In this document: piece after piece, positions 45,284 through 59,200 of the stretch
Layout: each line of letters begins with the position of its first letter
How positions within the stretch are numbered: position 1 is the first letter of the stretch
From: a virus
Length of the DNA stretch: 64,000 nt
IMG/VR virus record: IMGVR_UViG_3300020469_000010
Strand: one strand, 5' to 3'
Program-made: the position numbers and the translations under genes
The notes under the pieces: generated by a model
Told to the model about the DNA's origin: nothing
Seen by the model: the letters and a program-made list of their open reading frames with translations, nothing else
The model's database searches: none

Positions 45284-47203
45284 ATGGCTGCTATTACGCA
45301 ATTTGCAAATCTAGACTTTGAAGATATCAAATCTTCGATTAAAGATTACATTCGTGCCAATACCAATTTCACGGATTACGATTACGAGGGATCAACATTA
45401 TCTCTCATCATTGACATGCTTGCGTATAACACCTATGTGGCGTCCTACAACGCAAACATGGTGTCTAATGAGGTATTCATAGATGGTGCCACTCTAAGAG
45501 AGAATGTAGTGTCTCTGGCTCGCAATATAGGTTATCTACCACGATCCAAGACATCAGCAAGAGCAAAAATACGATTCTCAGTATCAACAAGAGATTTTCC
45601 TAACCAACCACGATCTGTAACATTAAGAAAAGGATCTGCTGTTCTTGCCTCTGCAGAATTTGCAGCACAAAGTTTTACCTTTACAGTTCCAGATAGTGTT
45701 ACAGAACTTGTTTCTGATAACAAAGCATTATTTGATAACCTAGAAGTATTTGAGGGTGTCTTAGTTGAAGAAGAATTTACTGTTGATGATAGACAAGTTA
45801 GTCAAAGATTTATCTTAGGTAATGTTGGTATTGATTATGCAACATTAAGAGTTCGTGTAAAAGAAAGTAGTGTTGTTACTGATTCCGCACCATACCAATT
45901 ATCAGATTCCATTTTTGATATAGATGGAGATTCTACAGTATACTTTATCCAAGAAATTGAAGATGAACGATATGAATTGATTTTTGGTGATGGTGTCTTT
46001 GGAAGAAAACTATCAAATGGTAATGTCATTCAAGTTAGTTACCTTGTTACTAATGGAGATGTTGCTAATACTTTATCCAATTTCAAATTTATTGGAAACC
46101 TAACAACAAATAATGGAGATATTGTTTCCAGAGATATATCAAAAGTTCAGACATTAGAACCTTCTATTGGTGGTTCTAAGATTGAATCAACAACATCTAT
46201 TAAGAATTATGCTGGAAGGATATATGCAGCACAGAATAGAGCAGTTACTGCTAATGATTTTAATGCAATTGTAAGAAAAATATACCCAGAAGCAGAATCA
46301 TTAAACTCTTTTGGTGGTGAAGAACTTGATCCACCACAGTTTGGTAGAGTGTTTATTGCTATAAAACCAAAACGAGGTGTATTTTTATCATCCGCAATAA
46401 AAGATAATATTAAAAGAGAATTAAGAAAGTATTCTGTTGCAGGTATTGTACCAGAAATTATCTCTACAAAGTTCTTATTCATTGAATTAAAGAGTGTAAT
46501 TTATTATAATCCAAATAAAGCAGTCTCTGCAGATATTGTTAGGTCTACACTTATTACGAATTTATCTGCATATGCAAACAGTGATGAACTAAATGCATAT
46601 GGATCTAGATTTAAACATTCAAAACTTCTTTCAATAATAGATAACTCTGATAAATCGATTACTTCTAATGTAACAAACATCGAAATTCGTAGAGATATGA
46701 GGTGTGTTATTAACAGACTCGCAGAATATGAGTTATGTTTTGGAAATGCTTTTAATTCTGATGATTTTGAAGGTGGAAATATTAGGTCTACATCGTTTAC
46801 AGTATCAGGAATAAATCATAGTGTTAACCTTACAGATCTTCCAGATGCTGATGATCCAGATGAGGGTGATATTGTTTTAATTAAAACACCATTAAATGGT
46901 GATAATGATGCAAGAGTTCGTGAAAACATAGTCAGACAGGTTGTTGGAAGAGTTAATTACAAGAAAGGAGAGATTCATATATTTGCAATAAATATAACAT
47001 CTACTTCTCAACCACAGAATGTAATTCAAATATCAGCTACTCCATTATCAAATGATGTCATCGGTTTACAAGACTTATATTTACAACTTGATACTTCATT
47101 TAGTAGTCTTGATATGCTGGTAGACAATATTGAATCTGGTGCAGATCCTACTGGTTCTAGGTTCATATTCCCTGAAGAAACCAAATCCATAATTCGCAAA
47201 TAG
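45284..47203 (+). CDS. gp6: baseplate wedge subunit gp6
   Basis: LDFEDIK..FTDYDYEGS..LARNIGY..FGDGVFG..AQNRAVT..GRVFIAIKP. Confidence 0.93.
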   Translation: MAAITQFANLDFEDIKSSIKDYIRANTNFTDYDYEGSTLSLIIDMLAYNTYVASYNANMVSNEVFIDGATLRENVVSLARNIGYLPRSKTSARAKIRFSVSTRDFPNQPRSVTLRKGSAVLASAEFAAQSFTFTVPDSVTELVSDNKALFDNLEVFEGVLVEEEFTVDDRQVSQRFILGNVGIDYATLRVRVKESSVVTDSAPYQLSDSIFDIDGDSTVYFIQEIEDERYELIFGDGVFGRKLSNGNVIQVSYLVTNGDVANTLSNFKFIGNLTTNNGDIVSRDISKVQTLEPSIGGSKIESTTSIKNYAGRIYAAQNRAVTANDFNAIVRKIYPEAESLNSFGGEELDPPQFGRVFIAIKPKRGVFLSSAIKDNIKRELRKYSVAGIVPEIISTKFLFIELKSVIYYNPNKAVSADIVRSTLITNLSAYANSDELNAYGSRFKHSKLLSIIDNSDKSITSNVTNIEIRRDMRCVINRLAEYELCFGNAFNSDDFEGGNIRSTSFTVSGINHSVNLTDLPDADDPDEGDIVLIKTPLNGDNDARVRENIVRQVVGRVNYKKGEIHIFAINITSTSQPQNVIQISATPLSNDVIGLQDLYLQLDTSFSSLDMLVDNIESGADPTGSRFIFPEETKSIIRK

Positions 47204-47218
47204 ATTCACTGGTATCAA

Positions 47219-50200
47219 ATGTCAAATCAAACTAGAATCAAGATCAGTCAGGTTCTGGAAGCACAAATTCCAGACTTTGTAAATGATGAGTTCCCATTAT
47301 TTAAAGAATTTTTAACACAATATTTTGAATCACTTGAAAGTGATGGTGGTGCCTATAATCTTTTACAAAATATTGATAAGTATATTGATCTTGATACTCA
47401 ACTTTTAACTCCTGAAAGTACAGAATCTTTAGAAAACTTTTTCATTGGTGATGATACTCTAGTAGTTGAAAGCACTGAAGGATTTCCTACTTCTTACGGA
47501 TTGTTAAAAATTGGTGATGAAATCGTTACTTACAAATCTAAGACAGAAACAGAGTTCTTAGATTGTGTAAGAGGATTTTCTGGTGTTAGTGACTACGATA
47601 GCAGCTTAGTTTTCTCAAAAACAGGACCACAGAATCATTATAGGGGTGTTGTAACTAATTTAAGTTCAGTATTATTAAAAGAATTCTTTAGAAAGTTAAA
47701 ATCTCAAATTGCACCAGGTTTTGAAGATATTGATTTAGATCAGTCTGTAGATAAAAGACTATTCTATAAGCAAACAAGAGATTTTTATAAGGCTAAAGGT
47801 TCTGATAAATCATTTGAAATATTATTTGGTGCATTGTATGGAACAAAAGTTGAGGTAATCAGACCATCTGATTATGTTTTTGAACCTTCTGCTTCTGGAA
47901 CTAGAAGAACTTTAGATATAGTTCTGTCTACTTTTGATGATAGTATTGATTATACTGATATAATTCTTAATAGAACTCTTTTACAAAAAAATCGTGACAG
48001 TACATCTAATGCTGACACGGTATCTGCATTTGCTTCAATAACTCATGTTGAAAGATTTTTCAAAGGAAATAAATTTTATTATTTGGTAAGTTTAGATAAT
48101 GATACAAGTAGAGACATATCTAGTTCTGGAACAGTTTTTGGTAAGTTTCAAACAACTCAAACAACCAGACTTACAGAATCCCACACTCAAAATTTAGATG
48201 GTACATTTAATGATTATCTATTTGTGGATTCCACAGTTGCATTTGAAGAAAATGACATATTAGATGTATATTTAGATACAGGAATATTAGAAATTGACTA
48301 TAATGGTAAGTCAATTAATGAATTCTATAGTGTAAATGATGCGAACTTTACAATTCCAAGAGGAACTCTTGTTAGTACAAAGAAATATGCATATGTAGAA
48401 CTTGAAGAAGATAATGTATATTTTAGAGTTACTAATGTTATAAGTGATATTACTTTTCCAGAAGGTGGAAATTTCAAAGAAGGTGATGTAATAAAGTATG
48501 ATAGTTTAGGTTTACAAAATAAATCTACCAAACTTGATAATTGGAGATTTAATACTGCACCAAAATATAATATTGAATCAATTTCAGTCTTAAGTGAAGC
48601 TGAGCAAAAATATCAAATTAAATTTGCTGAAACATTTAATTTACAATTGAATGATATTTTCTTCTTAATTACTAGTTCTGAAGAAACATATAATGTCAGT
48701 GTTTCTTCTAGGGAAGGAGAAACTTCTTATGTAATCACATCAGAAACTGCTATTCCAGATTTTAATGCAACTGGTCGTACCTCATTATCACTAAAAACAT
48801 ATCCTAAAAAATTCTTTATTGAAAGAAAATTAAACAAAGCAAAGTTTAGGTTCTTCCCAGAAGCATCAAGTTTCTTATCAGATGTTCAGAACACATATAA
48901 ATCTAGAACTCTACAGGATAATTGTTTTGTAATGAGTTCTTCATTACCAAACTATTCTAATGAAATATTACCTACAAACTTAAAGAAAGTAATTTTTACA
49001 ATAAATGTTGCTGATGATGCAGTCAATGATACAGTTAATGTAGGACAAGATGCATCTCCTACTCAATCTGAAATAACTCATCCATTCTATACTGGTGATG
49101 CTATTGTATATCTTGAACCATTAGAGGATGAAGAGACAGGAGAAGTAAACACCAATAGATTAAACATAGACAATGGAAAATATTATGTAACAGTTCTTAA
49201 TTCTAAAAATATAAAACTATCAAGAAGTTTAAGTGATTTGTATAATAAGATATATGTTAATATAACAGGTAATGTAACTGATAATACTTTCTTCTATGTT
49301 GATTATTTTGATATTCAAAAAATACTAGATGAAGATAATCCATTCAAATTATCCTCAAAAAGGTGTGTTAAATTATTGACAGAACCCATTGATGATACTT
49401 TTAGAGAAGAAACCGTTCCAGGAAAAACTGGAATGTTGAATAATGGAGTAGAAATTTTAAACTATAAATCAAAAACAAATTTGAGTTATGGTCCCATTAC
49501 AAAAATAAATGTTTCAAATAGTGGTAATGGTGATTATGATGTTATTAATCCACCACTATTGAGTATTTTTGATGGTAATAATGCGGATGGAGTTAATAAT
49601 GGGGGAATAGGTGCTACTGGTCATTTCAACCTTTTCGGATCTGTCAGAGATATTTTAGTTGTTAGTGGTGGATTTAATTATGAAACTAAACCACTTATAA
49701 GGGTTTATGGTGGAAATGGTACATTATGTAATGTCGAACCAATAATGGAGACATATCGGCATAATGTTCGGATTGAATCCGAAGATGGAGAAATGGTTGG
49801 CATATCTTCAAATCTATTAACTGCTGATGAAGATCATTTCTTTAAAACTGGAGAACCTGTTATATATCGATCTATTGGTGATGAACCTATTGTTGGATTA
49901 GAAGATTTACAAACATATTTTATTTCAGTCGTAGATGATAGAAGTTTTAGATTGCATAGCAGTGGTGAAGATGCAGTTGCATTTGAAAATCCAGTTAATA
50001 TAACCGATTTTGGTGTTGGATATTCCATTGTAGAATCTGTAAATGACAGACAAAAACTCGCAAGAATAACCATTATTAAGTCTTCTGAAGATTTTTCAAA
50101 TAGAAAAGTATTATTTAATGCAGAAAAATCTCCAAATTCAGTTGATTTTTACGAGAATACAATCAATATTAAAAATCATGGTTTTCAAAGTGGAGAATTA

Positions 50201-53200
50201 ATTACATATGAATCTACAGATACACCAATTACTGGATTGACTAGTGCAGCATATTATTATGTAACAAAAATTGATGATGATTCATTCAAACTTTCAGAGT
50301 CTGATGTTGTTGATGGAGTTGATGGTTTACTTGAATATGGTGGTAAATTATTTTATGAGTCTGACGAATTTGTAAACCTATTTGCATTTGATGAAGGTTT
50401 AGACGAATCTGGAATTGGTGTCGGTGATCATATTTTCAGATATCCAGATATACAAGTAGCAATTCAGGAATCTGAAGATACTATTTCTATTCCACCTACA
50501 GTAATTCCAGTTGTCAGAGGATTTATTGATGATGTATTCTTAACTGATGCTGGTGTAGGTTATGGAGCTACAAACATATTTAATTACAAAAGATTACCAG
50601 TCATAACTGCTGAACCTGGAAAATTAGCATCAATAAAACCATATATCGTTGATGGTGAAATTAAACAAATTATTATTCAAAATGCTGGGCAAGGATATGT
50701 TTCTCAACCATATATTGGAATTGATAGTGAAGAGGGATTTGGTGCTGATTTAATTCCCATCATTAAAGATGGTAGATTAGACTCAGTTGTCGTTAAATCT
50801 GGAGGTTTTAATTATACCGATGACACTATACTTACAGTTAATCCTGCAGGTAAAGGAGCAAAATTTGAATCTGAAATTTTCTCATGGGTTGTAAATGAAG
50901 TTAGTAGATCTTTTGCAAGTAATCAAATCTACAGTGATGACGGATTCATCTATCAAGATTCTTTAGTTTCCGAATTAGATGCAGAAGATTATGGAATATT
51001 ACAATATACTGTAACATATATTCCTAGGAAATTTAGAGAAACTATTTACAATGAGTCTACTGTAGATGGAAGAAAAATTTTCAATCCAGATTTAATAAAA
51101 GATAGTTTAGGTAGAGAAACTGAATCGAAGAATCATTCTCCATTGATTGGTTGGGCATATGATGGAAATCCAATTTATGGACCATACGGATTTGCAAGTG
51201 CTGATGGTACTGGTGGTGTAAAACGAATGATTTCTGGATACAAAAAGAGATCTCTAGCAAACAGACCTTCACTACTAATATATCCTCTAGGATTCTTCTG
51301 TAATGACTATGAGTGGACCACTGATGGAGATCTGGATGAATCTAACGGAAGATTCTGCATAACACCAGATTATCCAAATGGTGTGTATGCTTACTTTGCT
51401 ACCATTGGAGAAAATTTGGTAGACTATGATAATTTTAAAGAACCCGTTTTCCCATATTTCATTGGTAATTCATTCAAATCTCCTCCGATTGAATTTAATT
51501 TCGAACCAGATATAAATCAGGAAAGTTTTACATCACCATCTAATATTTTAGAAGAAAAACTATCAGATAGTGATTTTCTTAGAAATGTCAGACCATATAA
51601 TTTATCTTCCTCAAATGGATCATATGAGTATTTGTTCCAACCAAGTCAATTATCACCATTACAATCAATAATTGATAATACAGCAGTTGGTAAACTAAAT
51701 GATCTAAACATACTATCTGGAGGAAAGGATTATAAAGTTGGAGATAGAATCGTCTTCAGTGCTAATGATAGTGAGAGAAGACCATTAGCTGAAGTTACTG
51801 GTATTGCAAATACTGAAGTAACAAATATTTCTGTTGCAACATCAGCAATTTCTAATGTTGAGTTTCTTCAAAATTATGGATCAAAAGATGCAGTCACTTA
51901 TATTGGGTTTACAACTAGTCCACATAACATGACTAGTGGTCTTGCAAAAATCTATGATAGTGTAAGGAATGTTGAATTTGTATCAGATATTAAAGTAAAA
52001 CCTAGTGAACTATCTTTAGGTATTGGAATTGGAACCACGGGACAGACCGGAATTGTTACATATATTTCAATATTTGGTAGTAAATTGTCTAAAATGTCTA
52101 ATTTTAGAGAAAATGACATTTACACAATTGAATCTGATGGTTATAGAGAAGAAATAAAAATTCTTAATATAGAGGAAGATCTTAATAGAATAAGAGTTGA
52201 AAGAAATGCAAATGGTACTATAGGAACTAGTTATTCTAAAGGACAAAGATTATTTGAAAATCCTAGGAAATTCTTAGTACCTGCAGTTGATGATGCCAAT
52301 TTAGAGTCCTCAGAAATAAATGAAGAATACTATTTCAACCCAATTGAATCTGTAGGGGTTGGAATTGGTACTACAGTTGCAATTGAAAATCCTGGTACTG
52401 GATCTACAAGCAGATTTATTGCTAGAAATAGAATATACATTGGTTCTCACGATATCCAAGTTAATGACGAAATTCGTTATGATTTTGACGAATCTCCAAT
52501 TTCTGTATCCACTGGATCTGATCAATTTACCCTAGAAAGAGATCGTGAATATTTTGCATTCCCATTTAATAATAATGTTATCGGTCTCTCCACAAATCGA
52601 ATTGGTGTAGGATCAACAGGATCTGCTGTTGGTTTTGGTACTACAACTGCAGCTGCACTTCTAACATTCACAGACTTTGGAAGTGGAGTTAATCATAGTC
52701 TAAGAACTAGAAAACCAGAAGTCCTTACTGGTGAAGTTATTCGTTATGAATCTACAATAACATCAAAAAATAATCATAATTTAAAAGTTACTGATAGAAT
52801 ATCTGTAGATTGTAGACCAACTACAGATAAAATTGTAGATATTGTTTACAATCAAACTCATAGAAAATTCTCTGCTGGAACATTAGCATTTGATGCAGTT
52901 GGTATCAACACAATTGCTAATACCATTACAATTCCTAATCATAATCTTAAAAATGAACAAGTAGTAATTTTCTCATCAAATGAAGTTGCACAAGAACTAG
53001 AATTTGATGCTTTGTATGTTGTTGTAGTTTTAGACTCAAATACAATACAATTAATTGACAAGGAAAGAGTTTTTACAAGATTACAAGATTTAGGTGATCT
53101 GAAAGCCCTTGCTGTTGACTTATTAGAACAAAAACCCGGAAAACTTCTTCCAATAAACCCACCATTATTGTTACAGAAAAATCAAACACTAATTTTTGAT

Positions 53201-56200
53201 GTTTCTAACGCTAGTTTGTCATATTCTAGAAATAATATACTATATCCAGCATTTGCTGTAGAATTTTATACTGATATAGAACTAAAAAATAAATTTGTAT
53301 CATCCAAACAACCAAATAAATTTAATGTTATTTCCACTGGAGTGATTGGAGTTGACGATAATGCCACTGTCAGACTAGTTTATGACGATGATCTACCAGA
53401 AACTCTATATTATAACTTAGTTCCACTGAAAAATAACCAAATTCCTGCTGATTTTTCATTAATAAAACTGGATAATGACATAATTACTGAAATATCAATT
53501 GAAGATAGTTCTTTCTCTGGAAATTATGATGTAAAATCAACCACAGATAAGACATTTTCTTATTTTCTACCAGATTATACTCACGATGAAAATTCATTTA
53601 CATCATCAAATGCAATTATTTCATATTTAAGTAGTTCTGATCAAGTTTCAGGACCAATTGGTAGAGTAAGGTATATTTCTGATGGAAATAATATAACACA
53701 AATTCCACAAATTGAGGAAATTGTTACTGAAAGTGGTGTTGGTGCTATTTTACAAGCAACATCTAAGGTTATTGGTAATATAAAAAATATTAATATAAGT
53801 GATATTGGATTTGATTTCCCAACAGACTTTACTTTAGCACCAAGAGCACATACACCAACATTAGTAAAAGTTGAAGAGTTGGTATCAATAGTATCAATTG
53901 GTGTTACCTTCCCAGGTAAAAACTATACATCTCTTCCAGATTTAAAAATTGTTGATGGGATTAGTGAAAAGGTTGTTGATGACATTGTATTGGATTATGT
54001 TTTTGACAACAGATTTAAAGTTCGTATTCTAAAGAATACTGGAAATATTAATAATGTTAAACCAAGTATTATACCATTTAATAATACTAATGGTTATAAA
54101 ATTAGAACATTAACTTATGATCCTTCAACAAAAGATGCAACAATAGTCTTAGACACCGTTGGTTTCAGTACTCTTTCTGCTTGGCCGTTCGCAGTAGGAG
54201 AAAAATTCCTATTAGAGGGTGTGAACACTCTAGATGATAGTCTAGTTGCTGGAACTGGTGATCTTGGATATAATAATGAGAATTATGAATTTAAACTGTA
54301 TGAGGTAAAAACTAGTGATCCAAATATAGGTGGTCAGGTTCCAGGATTTACATTCAATATGGAGGAATTTGTTGGTGATGGAGATCCAGGAATTTTTGAT
54401 GACGAATTCACTACTGCAAGAGTGGTTCCACAGCAATTCTTCCCCCAATTCCAAGTTGAAGTAGAGCAAAATGTTTTCTTCGATAATGAAGATATTACAA
54501 ATGGAAGTAATGTGGACAAATCACTTGGATTTGATTCAAATACTTCAATATTGAGAATTTCTACAAATAGACCAGAAGAATATAAAGTTGGTCAACTAAT
54601 AACTGGTAAATCTTCAAGATCTCAGGCAAATATAACAGAAATTGTTGGAGTAACCACCTTTACTTACAATATAAAACCACGTAGTAAAAATAATAAAAAA
54701 GGATTCCTTAAAAAAGGATTCTTGAATGAAGATTCACAAAGACTTCATGATAGTGATTATTATCAATACTTCTCATATTCACTAAAATCAAATGTTGGAA
54801 TATCCAGTTGGAATGATCCTGTAGAATCCATGGTTCATCCTGTTGGAATGAAGAAATTTAGTGATTTGCAAGTAGTTTCAGAACCAACAAACTCTGAAAT
54901 GATAGAAGATCAAAATGATGGTGCATTGACAGGGATATCTCACATAAATTCAATACTTGATTTGAATTGTTATACTGATATTGATCTAGTAACTGAAAAT
55001 AATGTAAATAATGTTTATTCCGATGAGATAAGATTTAACTCTCTTATCTTGCAGGACTTCTTTAAGTCCGTTGGTAACAGAGTTCTATTAGTTGATGATT
55101 TCAGTGATGAATTTAATAGTAATCCTAGAGCAACTTCTTTCTCAACAATTGATAGTTTCTCTTTAAATGCTTTTAGATTTAAAAAGTATTTCTTACTAAC
55201 TACGGATACAAAATTCCCAGGAGAAAGACAGGTAATTATTGTAAATATGCTCCATAACAACATTTATGGATTTGTGTCTCAATATGGTAGAGTTGAAACT
55301 GATGAGATTCATGGTTACTTTGATATTGGTGTTTTTGAAAATAATGGATTATTACTATTTTACCCACTAGAACCCAGATTTGATGATTATGCAGTAACTG
55401 GATTTAAATATGCAATTTCACCTGGCAGTGTTGGAATCAGTACACAATATATTGGTGACATTGCATCTGTAGGAGTTCAAACAGCATCTATCCCATCTGG
55501 AACTACTTCAGCATACAAAATTGTTGGAATTGAATCATCATATAGTTCTTCAAAAGTGATGGTAGTTTTGGAATCAACTGATTTACAATACTATCAGAGT
55601 GATGAAATCAATATAGTTCATGATGGAACAAATATTATACAAACAGAATTCTCCACATTAGCAACAGATACATTGGATGAGGATGTTTCTGATGGTATAG
55701 GAACATATCGATTTGGTTATAATGGTAATGAAATTGAAATGGATTTTGTTCCAAATTCTGGACTCACTACCGCATACAATGTCAATGCTACTGTAGTATC
55801 CATCTCAAATACTTCTAGAGTTGCAACTGGAACTAGTACATATCAAACAACACTTACTTCTGTTGGTCTAGGAACCACTAGTGCTGGAACTGCTACAACA
55901 TCAATTCAGGTGATGGAAATTGATTCTCAATATAGAGGATTTAATGTGTATGCAAGCATTGAAGATATGACTAATAACGATGTTCAATTCTCAGAATTGA
56001 CTATTGTACATGATAATACTGATGTTTCTCTATCTGAATTTGGTAGAGTTGTTACTGATGATAATCTTTTTGATACTGGAATAGGAACCTTTACTGCTTT
56101 TGTTGATCCTGTAAGTAAGAAAACACAAATTCATTTTGAGGCAATAGGTGGAATACCAAATAAACAGATTGAAGTTAGATTACTGGTTAATTCATTAAGT

Positions 56201-59200
56201 GCTGTTGATTTAGGAATTTCTACTGTTAGATTAGGATTCCAAGGTGGTGAGTTCTCTACGATGCATGGAGGATACACCGGTAGTCAAAATGATATTAAGA
56301 GAAGTTTTGAACTAAAACATAAAGGAGATTTGATCTTTGAAAGAACATTTAATTCTGAAGCACTAGGTACTGTTGTATCAGTAGAAAGTAATGTATTAAA
56401 TCTATCAAATCATTTCTTTGTCAGTGGTGAAGAAGTAACATACACATTCCCAGCTGGTGGTCAACCAATTGGAATAGCAACAACTACTCTTGTTGGAGTT
56501 GGAACTACAACGCACCTTCCACCCACATTATTTGTTATTAAGCAAGACTCTGGTAGTATCTCATTTACAGATACAGCAGAAAATGCACTTAGGTTTAATC
56601 CAAATATAACCATCAACATAACATCTGCTGGAATTGGAACTCAGCATCAAATTACTTCAACAAATAAAGATGCTAAGGGAGTATTTACTATTGACAATAT
56701 GATGCAGTCTCCTATTCAGAGATCTGATATTATTACTACTTTGGTTGAAGATATTTCTTTAGAACAAACTTTAATCAATACTGCGGGTATTACATCAATC
56801 TTTAGTGGAGATATCCTTAAGATTAATGATGAGTTTATGTTGGCAGAAACTGTTGGTGTTGGAACTCAAGAGAAACTGCGAGTAAGAAGACCTTGGCTAG
56901 GATCTGTATTGGGTGTTCATACTACTGGTGATACTATTATTAAGATGTATGGTGATTATACTATTTCAGGGTCTACAATTAACTTCACATCACCACCATT
57001 CGGAAAAGTACCAATTACAGTTGATGTAAACCAATTCGGTATTCCTTTTGTAGATCCAAACGATAGAGACTTTACTGGAATTACTACAAATTCATCTTTC
57101 CAGGGAAGAACCTTCATGAGGTCTGGTAGTATAGACACCAATGCAGAAACTTACAGCAGAAATTACATCTTTGATGATATTTCTACGAGATTTACTGGTA
57201 TTAGATCAGAGTTCCCATTAACTGTTGATGGTGCTAATATAACAGGAATATCTACAGATAATGCAATAATATTGGTAAATGACATTTTCCAACAATCATC
57301 AAGATCTGGTATCAAACCAGTAGTTGGAAACTATACTCTTGCTGAAAACAGTGGTGAAACTACTATTACATTTAATCCACAAACACTGGAACCAGGAGAA
57401 GACATAAACACAACTGATCTACCTATAGGTGGTGTAATCGTATCAGTCGGATCAACAAATGGTCTTGGATATCAACCATGTGTCCCTGCAGGAGGAACTG
57501 CAAATGTCTCTGGATTGGGTACTATCTCCTCTGTAAGTATCGGGAACAGTGGTTCTGGATATAGACCAGGAATTCAAACACATATCGGTGTAAAGGCAGT
57601 TACTTCATCCTCAGTGGATATAATTGGTTCTGCAACTGCATTGAATGGGCACATTACTGAAGTTTCAATATCTAATGATAAAGTCTTCTATGCTCCAAGA
57701 GATATATCAGATGTAATCTACAGCAATACAACTGGACTTACTACAGTTACAACTTCAACAGCACATGAATTGCTCATTGGACAAGAAGTTCTTCTTTCTG
57801 GTATTGCAATGACTTGTGATTACTCTGGTGCTGGTCCGGTCAATATCACTAATGTCATTTATGATAATATTAGTGGTATCATGACTGTTACAACTTCAGG
57901 AGCACATAACTTACAGACCACTGGTCAAAGAAGTGATGTTATTTTCACTGGTATTGCAATGACTTGTGATTTGGATGGTGGAGCATCAACTCACATCTAT
58001 CCAAGAACAACAGATCCATTCTATTGTGGATCTAGAGTAACTACTGTCAATAGTTCAACAGAGTTTGAAACTAATGTCGGTGTTTCCACCGTACCTACTT
58101 TCTATCAGTCTGGTGGTGTTGTACAACCTGTTATTATTGCTCCAAGAGTAAGTAATAATTCTGCAAGCAGAATTGATCCTGCTGCAGATGGAACTCGTAT
58201 TACAAGAATTATAAACAGTACTTCTTTTGAAGTTAATACAGGAATTTCTACAAGAGAACATTTCTATGCAAGATGCGGTGAAGTTAACACACCAATTGAA
58301 ATTGTAATTGATGGTCCGATAGGATACACAAATATTCCGTTAATTTATTCTGATAGTTCTGTTCAAGGAATAGGAACAAAAGCATCTATTGACATGTTTG
58401 TTAGTAGAGATACTTCTATTGCAGAATTTGATTTTAATAATGATGGTTTTGCATATGGTCAGGGTGAAAAGTTAACTATTGCAATAGGTGGAACTACTGG
58501 AATTCCTACTACAGGTTCTTCCTTTAAAGAGTTTGCTATTGATATTGAAAGAACTCACTCCGATGAGTTCTCTGCTTGGAGTGTGGGTCAATTCCAACAA
58601 CTTGATCCATTTGATAGTAAATTTAATGGAAAGAGAACTGTATTCCCAATTTCATTTAATGGTGATAGGATATCAATTAGAGCAGGTGCAGGAAGTAACA
58701 TTGATGTATCATCCACTATATTCATCTTTATTAATGATATTCTCCAGGTTCCTGGACAATCATATCAATTTAGAGGTGGTGGACTGGTAGTCTTTGATGA
58801 ACCAATTCCAAAAGATTATACATCTAGAATCCTCTTCTACAAAGGAACAAAAGATATTGATGTTGTTGAGGTTGATATTGATGAACCAGTAGAACCTGGT
58901 GATACATTAACAATCAATTCCGAAAATATCTCTCTGAAGGAAGATACTAGAACCGTTGAGGAAATATTAGCATCTGATATCGTCCTAACAAATCCATATC
59001 GTGGACGAGGAAGAACTAACGATGAAAGTTTAGAAAGACCAGTGATGCTTTGTAAGCAAACTGAAGATACTTTCATCTATGGATTTGAAGAAACTAAAGA
59101 TAGAGAATCACTAGAACCAAATATTACTCCCAAAACAAACATAATTCAAAGTGTTGGAATTGGAACAACAACAAACTTTGCTTGGGTTGAAAGTGTCAAG